DNA of 64,000 nucleotides from Selaginella moellendorffii. Its lineage: Eukaryota > Plantae > Lycopodiophyta. Where the stretch lies: the NCBI RefSeq assembly GCF_000143415.4, contig NW_003314338.1:676216-740215 (forward strand), in the 5' to 3' direction. Made by a program: the position numbers and the translations under genes. Below are positions 1-16,357 of the stretch, one piece after another (the stretch's first letter is position 1; each line of letters begins with the position of its first letter). Below the pieces are notes generated by a model, which saw only the letters and a list, made by a program, of their open reading frames with translations, was not told where the DNA came from and did not search any database.

Positions 1-194
1 TAGTTTTCTTTTGCTTTATCTTGCACTAGTTTCACAAGAACTCTTGTGTATTGAGTTTAATCCCTCAATATTGCTATATAATAGCTTACCATATCTGGCA
101 AACACCCTTATTATTATACCTTATGTGTAAGTTCTATTTTGTGTTCTAGTAGATGATATCTTTGTGCGCTAGCACAAGAAATAAATTTTTCATT

Positions 195-452
195 TCAATA
201 ACCATTCCATGATCTGCATATGTAGTGATCATCATTGTCCATAATACAAGACTTGTAGAAAGGCATCCCATCAAACAATTGCTGTGCCTCCTCTAGATCC
301 TCAACTGCAACAATTGTTGCAATAGCAACATTCCAACTAACAAGATTTTTCACTAGGTTTTTCTCAAACACCCACCTGGCCTTGGAATAACTACAAATAA
401 TGACACTGATGTTTGCTCTTAGCCAATGGGAGGTGGCCAATTGCTTGGGCAA
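195..452 (-). pseudogene. Degenerate PLS-class PPR gene fragment
   Basis: Translation contains PPR-like motifs KARWVFEKNLVKNLVSWNVAIA and DLEEAQQLFDGMP; short, with no extended ORF. Confidence 0.6.
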
Positions 453-792
453 GAGAAGAAAGCATTATGACATATATAATATACAAAAGTGTTGATTGGC
501 ATTGACATTCAACCTTTTGCAGTGGTGTTACGTAGATTTTATAATTCCCTCTAAGGAATTTGATAATTTTCTATGAAAAAAATATCCTATATTTATTTTT
601 TCAATTCTTCTTTCAAAATGGAATATAATATATTTTATTTTGATACTATTTATATTTATTTTTTAATGTAATAAAACTATGATAATCAAAATAATTTTTG
701 CTAATTGGGCAGGAGTTATTTTTATAAGAATGTTTAATTTAACAAGATCTGCACTAAATCTTTTATTAATATTCAAGTGCCCTAAGAACAGG

Positions 793-957
793 ATGAGCGC
801 TTCACAGGAAGTGGTGGAAGTGGAGGATGACTCCGGCGAGGAGGAGGAGGAGGCGGAAGCGATCCTGGTGGGTTGTCTCACGGTTAACATTGTGGGTCTG
901 CAGTACTACCACGGCACGGTGACTAACGGTGAGATGGTCCAGCTTGTCCAAGAGCCT
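793..957 (+). pseudogene. Duplicated 5' fragment of the HLTF/RAD5-like gene (start of HIRAN domain)
   Basis: MSASQEVVEVEDDSGEEEEEAEAILVGCLTVNIVGLQYYHGTVTNGEMVQLV is nearly identical to the N-terminus of the gene ending at 34885, then breaks into unrelated repeat sequence. Confidence 0.9.
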
Positions 958-959
958 TG

Positions 960-1520
960 CCCGATTCAACATTCGCTTTAAGCAGCTCCAACTTATCCAC
1001 AGGAAGGCTCGTCTCGTTCACCACAATCCTCCTTGTCACGAAAACAGTGCGCTGTGATAGCGAAAAGCTATGTCCATTGAATCAAACTCCACGTCCATCA
1101 AGCTTTTGTGCTTGCGGTGCTTGAGATTTGAGCACTTAAACTGAAGAAACAAACCGTGAAGTCTCCTGATGATCCGAGAGCAATGGGAAAAGGGCTACGA
1201 CACAAAACCCTACATTTCTAAATAGTTCTTATACATTAACTTCCACGACAAAGAATTCTAGAGAACTTCTAGACGTTCGCCTCCACATAAGATTGCTGGT
1301 CAGATCAATCCAGAGTTTCCTGCATTTGAAAACGAACTTATCCACGAACTTACCAGCCAATTGCAAATGAGATCGTATTTGCCTTCGTACACAAACAGCT
1401 TGATGCCATCTTCCAGAAGAGCTGGCGGTTTATAAACCTGCAAAGCCAGCACTAAGCAAAACCCAGCAGAGAGAAAAAGACTGAAAACGCTTCTTTGAAT
1501 GGACTGCCATCAGTGCCTTA
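960..1520 (-). repeat. Composite gene-fragment block (PITH intron/exon piece + serine carboxypeptidase exon piece + unidentified segment X)
   Basis: Reverse complement matches 40360-40960 and 47180-47800; contains PALLEDGIKLFVYEGKYDLICNWLG. Confidence 0.8.
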
Positions 1521-1658
1521 GTATTCTTGCATAATTTAGAAAAAACCGTGAACTTGAATAATAAAGTATCATCTACTAAACTACCAGCTTGAATAGTAGT
1601 TTTTACAGTGATCTTTTATTATACTCTTCTGGATAAGACATTTTAAAAGAAATAGATC

Positions 1659-6319
<4,661 letters not shown>

Positions 6320-7374
6320 TTGGTAAAAGATCTCTTTGGAGCGAGAGTTCCAAGACAGGTATATAAACTTGGTACAAACCCAAACTAGCGTTGAAAATGC
6401 CATTTATTATTATAATAATTTCTAAGATTGCCAGAATATTCTGTTATCGTAAGTGAGTTGGAGCATCTCCAGCTCAATGGACGACTTATTTTTCAATTAT
6501 AATTAAATTAGATTAGAAAGTTACTTGCATCTTTAAAATTTAATTATACAATAAGGAAGAGTTGCTGAGATCTAGCCAATTAATTATAAAGGGGTTATTT
6601 TTTTGACCTCGCCCCAGCGAATATGGAGGTGGCTAAGGAAGAGGAAAGTGTTGTGACACATGTTGCATGCAAAGTGTTGACCATCAAGCGAAGAAACCAC
6701 CATAAAGAATGCATTGCCATCCCTATTCCTGTTAAGTGATTGCTCATCGGCTATCCAGGGATGCAACAGCGTGGAGAGCAGGCTGGCCCCGGGGGCTACC
6801 GATGGCGTGGCCACGCATTTTCTCCATTGCCGATCTTGGGGGAGTGAGCGATGGGATCATGCTTAACGTGTCAATCACATTGGCAGCTTTGGCGAGCTGG
6901 GAGGCACGACCCTCTATGTGCTGCGAGGCAAATGGTCAACACGCATTTGTCGCCTGTCGAGTGTTTTGTTTTGTAATGTATTTCTAGGGTTTATGGAATG
7001 GCGAGACAGCCCCTGCCGCTGCTGCCGATTCGCGATCCAAATCTGAGGCGCTGTGTCAATGCCGCTGGAACGAGCCACGTCCTGGTACGGTTTGTGTCAA
7101 GATCTAATTGATTTGTCTGCGCTTTCTTCTAATGTCTTCCATTTTACCTTCTTTTCTTCTTCTCGAACGCTTCAACTCTTGGCAGTCTTTTCTTTGCTGT
7201 TTTCGTTCTTTCCTGATTTGATTTTTGCGATACTTTGTGGTGTCTTTGCTCCTGAGAATCCCATCGAAAGTTTTCACTTTCTTATGCTCTGAACTTAACA
7301 GTTTTCTTTTTTTTCTTTTGCAGGAGAAATACTGGCAACGAAACCATGATGCTCAAATCTCAAAGCTATTCCAA

Positions 7375-8757
7375 TCATCTGGTACTCACCTCACACACAC
7401 AGGCAGTTATTTTGTAGTACCAGTAGTAATGCTCCGGACCGTAGTTTCCCATATATCCGTTGTGAGACTCGCTGTTTGGATCATCGCTGAAAAGCTCGAA
7501 GTCGCCCAGGGGCTCGGATTCGAGGTTGAAGCGCAGGTTCTTAAACCTGACGACCTTGTCGTCGATGGCTACCCAGCGCTTTGCAGAGACAGAGCTGGTG
7601 AGAAGTTCGTCATCCGAGTAAACTTTAGACTGTTCCATGAGGCAAACGTATAGCTCCACCACCATCCTGTCTTGTCCTTTAAACCCAGAGAAGTAAAGGT
7701 TCGTCTCCGTGTACTGCTCGAGAGGAAACACCAGCTTCTCTGGCGATGAATTTGCATCCTGGATCCAAGGTGCGAGAGCTGACTTCACCCGTGGCACAGC
7801 CGCCGCACTAACTTCACACAGAGTTCCGTTGGATCCAACGTTCGCCTTGCGTACCAGGTTGAAATGCAGGCAAGCGCGGGTTCCTCATCTCACTGGTTGC
7901 ACTTCATGCTCGCAGTCGGCGAAGAAGGCGGTGTAGTTGAAGCCCGGGACGTCAAAGTCGAAAGTTTTCGTGAGGTTGCCGTGCTGATGTCGCGTAGGAA
8001 GCTGGAGTATGAGGGTGGCAAACATGCCAGGCTCCTTCTCGGTGTCTCGGTGTAGCTTGAAGTGTCCATCTTGTGAAAGAACAATAAAAGATCGATCAGT
8101 AAAGCTTTGAACGAAATTTTCCTTCTACGAAGTATAAGAAAGACCCACGCAAAGAGAAACCAGCCATGAAACTATTTAAGTGATTGCAAGAAATCAAACA
8201 AGGACGTAAAATAGAGTGTGTGTGCACAATCCTTGTGAAGAAAGAGAGCCTAGATCAGGCTTCCAAAGATGTCCCGGAGAAAACACTTACAGCCCAAGAC
8301 TAGCCAAGAAAAAACGCAAAGAAGAAACCAAAGGGTACCAAGAAAAAGAGGAGATGGAGAATATGTGCATCCCACCTGAATCGTAAACCAGCAGCTTGTA
8401 CAAATGGGCTTCCACCTGGATCCATCCCCAAGCCACGAACAGCGGTAGCAGCGACGGTGTGGACAGTGTCGCCGTGGAAAAATACGACAAGCCTTTGCTA
8501 CCATCGATCTGCCAAGCTCTTCGCACAGCCGTGTCGACCAGAGTCCGATTCCCAAGCCCATGCGGCGCCTGCTCGGCCGCTTCCTGGAGCCTAAATGCGT
8601 CGTCGAGCGATATTGGAAGCGCTACCTCACCGATTCCTTGCACGGAGATGGAGCTCGGGAGGCGATCATCGATGCTTCCTCCACACGCAAAGCTTCCTGC
8701 GGCTTCTTGCGTGAGCGCTCCTTTCGATCGACCATTTGGGAAATATTTTGTGAGCAT
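7375..8757 (-). pseudogene. 2OG-Fe(II) oxygenase (microbial-type family), disrupted
   Basis: Spliced translation gives QAPHGLGNRTLVDTAVRRAWQID...LYKLLVYDSG / HFKLHRDTEKEPGMFATLILQLP...FFADCEHEVQPVR*GTRACLHFNL, i.e. the HxD...H...R core with an in-frame TGA at 7885-7887. Confidence 0.75.
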
Positions 8758-9027
8758 AGAACCCTAAATTCTTTCTTTCTTTCCCCTTTCTCGAGAAAGC
8801 TTCCCGCGCAAGCCTCCAAAATTAAATGTGACACGTGTGCAAAGAATAAAGGTATCTTGTTTTTTACCATTAAATCAATTGACAGAATATACTTTGTGGG
8901 TTAATCTGGTAAGAGATTTCACCTAGGCTGGTAAAAAGAAACCATTGCTCTTCGCGTGATTACGCGGGTAGGACGCTAGGGTTTGAGGGCGCAGAGAGCG
9001 ACGCAGCGAGCGAGGAGGAGAGCGGCC

Positions 9028-10882
9028 ATGGAGACATTCTATCTCGTCGTCTTCGCGGTCCAGCTCCTCGCCGTGGCGGCACTCGAGTTTCGCCGTGGCA
9101 GCAAGGACCGGATCGTCGCGACATCGGCCTTCAATGCCTTCAAGAACAATTACCTGGTGGTCTACTCGCTCATGATGGGTGAGTTCTTTCTCGATTTCGC
9201 CCGCATTGCGTGCTTCCAGCTCCTAGATCTCGCCAAATGCGTACTCGGATCTCTAGATCTTAACTCTCTTCCCTCTTTCTTCCTCTCCCCCAGCGGGAGA
9301 TTGGCTCCAGGGACCATACGTTTACTTCCTCTACAGCCACTATGGCTTCCAGAAGGGGGATATTGGGCGGCTCTTCATCGCTGGCTTTGGATCTTCCATG
9401 CTGTTTGGGACGATTGTGGGATCTCTCGCGGACAAATAGTAAGCTTCTTGGTTTGGATTAGAATTGGAATTCACGCTGTTTCTATGCGCAGTGGCCGGAA
9501 GCGAGCTAGCATAACGTACTGCATCACCTACATTTTGAGCTGCTTCACCAAACACTCTCCTCAGTTCCAAGTTCTCATGGTGGGAAGAATTCTTGGTGGA
9601 ATTGCTACCTCGCTCCTGTTCTCGGCATTTGAGTCGTGGCTAGTTGCTGAGCACTTTAAGGTTTGTGGATTTGTCAGTACGTTGGATTGTCTGACAACTT
9701 TCTTCTTTAACTTCTCTGTGATTTTTTAGAGAGGATTCGAGGAACAGTGGCTGTCGATGACGTTTTCTAAAGCAATCTTTCTTGGGAACGGATTGGTAGC
9801 CATACTCTCGGGGCTGGTTGCCAACAGTCTCGTCGGATCTCTCAACTTGGGACCTGTTGCTCCTTTTGATGCCGCATCCTGCGTGCTAGCGATCGGCATG
9901 GCGGTTATCATGTTTACGTGGGCTGAGAACTACGGAGATCCTACCGAAAGCAAGACGCTTTTGACGCAGTTCAAAGTCGCCGGGTCTGCTATCGCCTCTG
10001 GTAAGCTTTTCATGTCTTTAATGCAAGCGAGAGCCTTATCTTTGGATTCTATGTAGATGAAAAGATTGCTCTCCTAGGAGCAATCCAATCTCTCTTCGAG
10101 GGCTCCATGTACACTTTCGTCTTCCTCTGGACGCCTGCATTGAGTCCTAACGATCAGGAGATTCCGCATGGCTTCATCTTCGCCACGTTCATGCTGGCGT
10201 CTATGTTTGGGAGTTCGCTCACTTCCAAGCTCATGGCTCGCGGTCGTGTGGAAGGATACATGCAGATAGTGTTCTTAGTTTCTGCGGCAGCTCTCTTTCT
10301 CCCAGTTCTCGTTGGTGTGAGTGTTTATATGTATGCTCCGGTTGACGTTACTGACATTGTTGATCAGTTTATGACAGAATCGGCTGGAGAAGCTACCGAC
10401 TCTATCAGCACAAGCGGCCGAATTCAGATGCTCGGCTTCTGTGTTTTTGAAGCCTGCGTTGGAATTTTTTGGCCCTCGATCATGAAGATGCGCTCTCAAT
10501 ACATTCCAGAGGAATCCAGGAGTACAATCATGAACTTCTTCCGGATTCCTCTTAACATCTTCGTCTGCGTGGTGCTTTACAACGTAAGTTTCTTTCTCAA
10601 GGTTTAACTTCTCCCGTGTTTTGATATCTTAGTTGTCGCTACTTTCAGGTGAGCGCATTCCCGATCACCTTCATGTTTGGAATGTGTTCCATTTTCCTTG
10701 TGATGGCTGCGGTTCTTCAGAACAGGCTGATGGTTGTGTCCGAGAAGGACAAGGCGAAAACCAGTAAGTCATTCACATCTAATCCGTAAGCTCTCTGGTT
10801 GATGATCGTTATTTCTGTAGAGCCGGTGGAGGCCTGGCCTGAGAAAGAGCATGAAACGGAAGCAGAACCCCTTAACGTCTAA
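9028..10882 (+). CDS. MFS molybdate-anion transporter, MOT2/MFSD5 (DUF791) family, multi-exon
   Basis: Motifs FKNNYLVVYSLMM-GDWLQGPYVY, GRILGGIATSLLFSAFESWLVAEH, SLFEGSMYTFVFLWTPAL and STIMNFFRIPLN; ATG 9028, stop 10880-10882; canonical short introns. Confidence 0.92.
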
Positions 10883-11329
10883 CATACTCGACTTGGCAAG
10901 GAAACGTAAGAGCTTGATTTCCTCGAGGATTTCATTTCGGCCTGATCTCATTTGTGGACAGTAGTCCCGTTTTTTTCTTTTTCTTCTCTACAAAACGAGT
11001 TTTGTAGCTGTGTCATTGCAGCAGCACCACTTCTACTTGTATATGTCACTATATCGTAATGCAACATTGAGCACAATTTCCTCCGTCATGGGATCATGGG
11101 GCTTACGTGAAAATGTGGAGACTTTGGTCCTTTCCTTGATTAGGCGACGTGCGAGGGATCATGTGAGTAGTTTTCTCGCTTTGTTTTTATTCGAGGTGGC
11201 TGATCCAACTCTCCACATGCAGGAACTCTGACGATCACGTCGCGCAAAACTTTCTTCTCTCTCTCTCTCGCTCTCGGGTTTCGTGGAACAGCAAAGGTAC
11301 AATGGAAGCGTTTAGAAAAAGCGCGAGCT

Positions 11330-11514
11330 NNNNNNNNNNNNNNNNNNNNNNNNNNNNNNNNNNNNNNNNNNNNNNNNNNNNNNNNNNNNNNNNNNNNNNN
11401 NNNNNNNNNNNNNNNNNNNNNNNNNNNNNNNNNNNNNNNNNNNNNNNNNNNNNNNNNNNNNNNNNNNNNNNNNNNNNNNNNNNNNNNNNNNNNNNNNNNN
11501 NNNNNNNNNNNNNN
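11330..11514. other. Assembly gap (N run)
   Basis: 185 consecutive n characters. Confidence 1.
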
Positions 11515-12286
11515 TTCACACAAAACGCTACAGGAAGTAAGCTAAGCATCGCAAACTCTTTACTTTGGATCATCTCTCGAAATAACTTCACGGTTTTTCC
11601 CAGGTCATACGGCTCTGCACGGCATAATTCAAGGACTCAAACCAGGCTTACACGGCCTTCATATCCATACATATGGCGATCTAAGCAGTGGTTGCAAAGT
11701 CCTGGGTACGTAAGAGAGCTTGTTTTTTTCTTCTCTTTGATAGAGAGCCTTAAGTCGTGCTCGACTTGACAGGTACGCACTACAATCCTTTGAACAGGAG
11801 GCACAACGACAATGTAAATATCGATCGCCATGCTGGAGATCTTGGCAACATCCAGGCAGCCGCCAATGGTAGAAACTTTTCAGTAAAAAAACCATTTCTT
11901 CTGTATCTAACCCGTGATCTCGCTGTCGCTCAGGCGTCGCCGAGTTCTTCTCTGCAAACTGTGAGGTACTTTCAAGTCTACCAGGCCTTGACGAAGTGTT
12001 TAACTCTTGCGTGTAGATTCCACTCCGGGGAGCGAATTCTATACTCGGAAGATCCATTGTCGTGCACGATCACGCCGACGATCTTGGGCGGAGTGAGTAT
12101 GAGAGATTTTAGTGCTCGATGAGAACTTACAAGCTCTGTGTGATCGATCTTTCAGGCGGGAGTATATCTGGGAACGCTGGAGGTCCTGTTGCTTGCGGTA
12201 ATTTTTTCTTGGTTCCAAGGTAGAAATTTTGGTGTTCTTACCATTTGATCTCCATAGGAATAATTGGCGTTCGTTACCACGCATAG
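11515..12286 (+). CDS. Cu/Zn superoxide dismutase-like protein, divergent; 5' part lies in or before the gap
   Basis: Exons splice to FTQNATGSHTALHGIIQGLKPGLHGLHIHTYGDLSSGCKVLGTHYNPLNRRHNDNVNIDRHAGDLGNIQAAANGVAEFFSANCEIPLRGANSILGRSIVVHDHADDLGRSGSISGNAGGPVACGIIGVRYHA*. Confidence 0.88.
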
Positions 12287-12387
12287 ATTTCTCATCACAT
12301 AGTTTTATTTTGTTTGCTTTGTTCTCGTTCGCGCGTTTTTTCAAAATTTTAAATTTAAAAAGATTGGTTTGCCCTAGAAAAGGATGA

Positions 12388-14412
12388 ATGGTTCGCGCAT
12401 CGATCAAGAGCTTTCTCGCGATCGGGAGGGCGATCGGCAGTCGCAGATCCATGGCAATGCTTGCGCCCAGCGAGACCTGGCAGCTCAATTCCTCTTCTCC
12501 ATCGCCCTCTTCCCTGAACGATCTCGACGATTCGCCCCCGAGATCCCAAGAACTGCTCACCACAACAGTAGAGCGATTGCTGGGCTCCTGCCGCGCCGCA
12601 GACGCCGACACCTATCTCTCGATTCTCGCCCGGATCGCCGACGCAGGAGCTCTAGCCCACGGCCGCCGGATCCACGCTTTCATCTACAAACTGGGCTGTG
12701 ATCCCAATCGCAACCTCACGATCGTCCTGTGCGGCGTGATCCGGATGTATGGCTGCTGTGGATCGGTCTTGGATGCGCGTGATCTCTTCGATTCCATGCC
12801 CGGGAAGGGCCCAATCGAGTGGAACACGATGCTCGTGGTGTATACCCAGAACGGGCATCTTGAGCCTGGTATGGATCTCTTGCAAAGAATGCCTCTCCAA
12901 GACGTGGTTACCTGGAACACCACCATAGCTGCGATGCTCCGGAATGGCCACGTCCGCGAGGCGAAGAGAGTCTTCGATCAAATCCCCGAGAGAAGCGTTG
13001 CGAGCTGGAACACATTGATCACACACTATGCCGAGAATGGGGATTTTGGCAGAGCTAGGAGGATTTTCGAGGAGATGCTCATCGAGGGCGTGGCGCCCAG
13101 CCCAGTGACGTTCCTTGGCGCGCTGGGGAGCTGTGAGGGCGCGGCTTCTCTGCGATTTGGGCGAATGCTACACGAGCGGATCCTGGAAGCGCGGATGGAA
13201 TCCAACGTCCGGGTCGCGAGCGCGATCGTGAGCATGTATGGGCGATGCGGCAGCATCGCCGAGGCGAGAGCTACCTTCGATCGACTCCCAAATCGCAACC
13301 GCGTGACTTGGAATGGGATGCTCGCAGCGTATGCGCAGAACGGGCACAGCATCCAAGCGCTCGAGTTCTTCCACACGGTGATGAGGAGAGAAAGAAACAT
13401 CGCTCCAAACAGGATGACCTTCCTGAGCTTGCTCGAGGCGTGCTCCAATCTCTCGGCGCTCGAGGAGGGAAGATCCATCCACTCGAGCATCAGAAACTCT
13501 CCCGGCCTGGAATCCAATCCCAAAGTCGTGAGCGCGCTCGTCACCATGTACGCGAAGTGTGGCGAGCTCCACCTCGCAAAGAAAGTCTTTGACGAGTGCC
13601 CGAGCTGGAACAAGGACGCCATAGCCTGGACCGCGATGATCCTCGCGTATGCGCGTAACGGGCATCCCAAGGAAGCGATCAAGCTCTTGCCTCTCATGGA
13701 CAGCCAAGGCATCCACACCGACAAAGTCACCTTCGTGAACATCCTCGACGCTTGCGGCAGCATCACCGACGTGAAACTCGGGAGATCTCTCCACAAACTC
13801 TTGGAGGAAGAACAGGCCGAGATGGACGTCCACCTCGGGACGAGCATCGTCGGGATGTATGGCCGGTGTGGAAGCCTGGATCGAGCTCGAGAGATCTTCC
13901 ACAGCATGAGAGACAAAGACACATTCACCTGGAACACGATCATCGCTGTGCACTCTCACAACGGAGATCCTCGAGGAGCTCTCGAGCTCTTCCGGCTCAT
14001 GGAGCTCCAAGGCGAGCGGCCGGATCGACTGACTTGTACGTGTGTTCTTGCGGCTTGCGGACACGCGGGGCTTGTGGCCGACGCTCGCTACCACTTTGTG
14101 AGCATGCGAGAGAGCTACGGTGTGGAGGCCGGGGTGGATCACTACGCTTGCATGGCGGATTTGCTGGCCAGGTCCGGGAAGCTGGAACAGGCCGAGGAGT
14201 TGATCCATGCAATGCCGTTTGAGCCTCACATCCATCTCTGGACGTCGCTGCTGGGGGCTTGCAATGTTCACAAGAATGTGGAGATTGGCATCCGGGTTTC
14301 CAAGCACGTCGATGAGTTGCTCCCGGATTCTAGCTGCGGACAGGTGATGCTCCGGAATGTGCTGCTCTCGGGGACTCGGAAGTCGGGCTCGAGCGCTCTC
14401 AAAGACTCGTGA
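12388..14412 (+). CDS. PLS-class pentatricopeptide repeat protein with E domain (organellar RNA-editing factor type), intronless
   Basis: 674-aa ORF with repeated PLS motifs (VTWNGMLAAYAQNGH, MYGRCGSLDRAREIF) and C-terminal HYACMADLLARSGKLEQAEELI...WTSLLGAC; no DYW domain. Confidence 0.93.
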   Translation: MVRASIKSFLAIGRAIGSRRSMAMLAPSETWQLNSSSPSPSSLNDLDDSPPRSQELLTTTVERLLGSCRAADADTYLSILARIADAGALAHGRRIHAFIYKLGCDPNRNLTIVLCGVIRMYGCCGSVLDARDLFDSMPGKGPIEWNTMLVVYTQNGHLEPGMDLLQRMPLQDVVTWNTTIAAMLRNGHVREAKRVFDQIPERSVASWNTLITHYAENGDFGRARRIFEEMLIEGVAPSPVTFLGALGSCEGAASLRFGRMLHERILEARMESNVRVASAIVSMYGRCGSIAEARATFDRLPNRNRVTWNGMLAAYAQNGHSIQALEFFHTVMRRERNIAPNRMTFLSLLEACSNLSALEEGRSIHSSIRNSPGLESNPKVVSALVTMYAKCGELHLAKKVFDECPSWNKDAIAWTAMILAYARNGHPKEAIKLLPLMDSQGIHTDKVTFVNILDACGSITDVKLGRSLHKLLEEEQAEMDVHLGTSIVGMYGRCGSLDRAREIFHSMRDKDTFTWNTIIAVHSHNGDPRGALELFRLMELQGERPDRLTCTCVLAACGHAGLVADARYHFVSMRESYGVEAGVDHYACMADLLARSGKLEQAEELIHAMPFEPHIHLWTSLLGACNVHKNVEIGIRVSKHVDELLPDSSCGQVMLRNVLLSGTRKSGSSALKDS

Positions 14413-15620
14413 AGATGTTTGGTTCATTGCCAACTCTCGGGTAAAGTTTCCTTTCTTTGTTCTTTTTTCTCCTGTGTTAACGCAAGATCGTTTGCTCAGG
14501 GATAGATTCTTTTCGAGGAGAAGATCATGGTGCTGAGGATCATCGGTAAGTTTTTGTTTCTTCTTTTTGCAATCACAGGCCGATATTGAGCATTAGAAAG
14601 AGGTCAGCTTTATTGTTGTTCTTCTTCTTTACTCCTTCTAAAAGCAAGCTCTTTTCTCAGACGAAGCGTAAGAAGCAAAGCTTTATGGGCTACTGGCAAG
14701 GATAAAGTCTTATACTCCAGCACAGGAGCACTTTCTTTCATACTTCCAAGCTACTTACGTAAGCCACTTTACTTTTTCACAGTTCTTCATGCTCAATACT
14801 TCACAGATTTGATCCATCAAACGAGTATAGTTTTTACTCAACAGGAGGAGCTCACTACTCAGAGATTTCGCTGAGTTGTTTTCTATAATTTAAGAAGATC
14901 ATGGTGATCAGTGAGCATTGAATTCCACTTTCTATACTTCCACTCACGCGCAATCAGCTTTGTCCAGGACTTTCATGAATTCACAGCTTCCATCCTTTTG
15001 ACTCTCACTCAAGTTCACAAGATCTTCCTCGAGGTACCAAAATCTAGCTCTTGTGATCATGTGTCCGCCGTTTAAAGCATTGTTTTCTCGTCGCAGGCAA
15101 AGATCTTTCGAAGGTCAGAAAGCCAAGATATCTCACACCATTTTCTGAGGCGTGCATAGAGCCAGAGCTCCAATCTTTTGGACGAGCCCAACTTACGCAC
15201 GCTGCTCATCCATCCTCGTCTCATTCAAGTGTAAGCGTTTGGAAAGTGAGGCTCCCGCTTCACTTCCGGTTTTAAGTCAAGCTCTCGCACAAACGACGAA
15301 GACGTGTATCATAACTCTCACATATACGTCGTAGCATTCAAGGGGAGAGGACCATGGAGGCCGTGAGATCGATCGATCCATCATGGGCTTCGTTTAGGCT
15401 GTCCACTTCAGACATCTCGACTTCACGCCAAGTGTTTCAGGATAGAATCCCCACAACTCCCACTTCTTAACATGACACGAAGGAGAGAGACGTTTGAAAT
15501 ATTTTTTATTTTATTATTTGGTTATATTAATATTTCTAAAGGTAAATAAAATTATTAGAACATACTTATTCTTAATACATTAGTAATGTAAATTAATTAC
15601 ATAATTACTATATAATGCAA

Positions 15621-15694
15621 GCTAGAGTAGCTCAGTTGGTTAGAGCATGTGGCTGTTAACCACAGGGTCAAAGGTTCGAATCCTCTCTCTAGCG
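15621..15694 (+). tRNA. tRNA-Asn (GUU)
   Basis: Acceptor stem GCTAGAG/CTCTAGC, D arm AGCTCAGTTGGTTAGAGC, anticodon arm TGTGG-CTGTTAA-CCACA, T loop GGTTCGAATCC; upstream TATA and CAA. Confidence 0.9.
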
Positions 15695-16357
15695 AATTAG
15701 TTAAAAAGACAAAATGGTATTAACTATTATTAATTAATACAAACTAGTATCATTATTGTTATTATTGCTATTAATAATACAGAAATTGTCTGATTGATAA
15801 TTTGACCAGCATGGTCAGCTGAAGGTGGGAATGTACCATAAGATAAAACAAAGAAAAAAACTAGATAAGATAAGAACCATGAGATTTTTAAATGAAGGAA
15901 TGAGACTGGAAAAATTCCATGGTTGAATTAAAATCACTGAAAATCACGTGCTGTCACTGTGGAGATGAACCTCATGTTAACTGATGATTCCATGTGAGAA
16001 ATGAATGTGAGAGAGGTGCAGCACTACATGTGACTGTGATCTCCACTGCCACAAAAATTATCTAGGATTAAAAAACAGGGCTTTGGAAACAGAACTAAAT
16101 CCTACTCCGGAAAGCCAGCCGGAATCTTTGGAGTTCACTGTGCCGACACACTGCAAAAGCAAAGAAAAATCAAAAAACAAAGCTTGAAAGATCTGCAATC
16201 CAATCCGTAACAAGTTATAGATGATCTTGTCGAGAATCAAGCTAATGTTTAGAGAAAAGCCTGCAATGAACGAATTGATTGAATCGAGGAAAAAACACGT
16301 TACCATCAACAAGAACTTGCTCCTCTCTCTCTCTCTCTCTCTATCTGCGTTGCACTA

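Noticed and set aside
6584-6987. Weak PPR-like text upstream of ABCC copy 1
   Set aside because: Similarity too faint to support a call.
11140-11769. ORFs spanning the N run
   Set aside because: Artefacts of the assembly gap; only the SOD exons after the gap are supported.
13026-14433. Long antisense ORFs (305 and 421 aa) over the PPR gene, and similar ones over remorin, HLTF and the kinase
   Set aside because: Shadow ORFs expected from GC-rich codon usage; no recognisable motifs.
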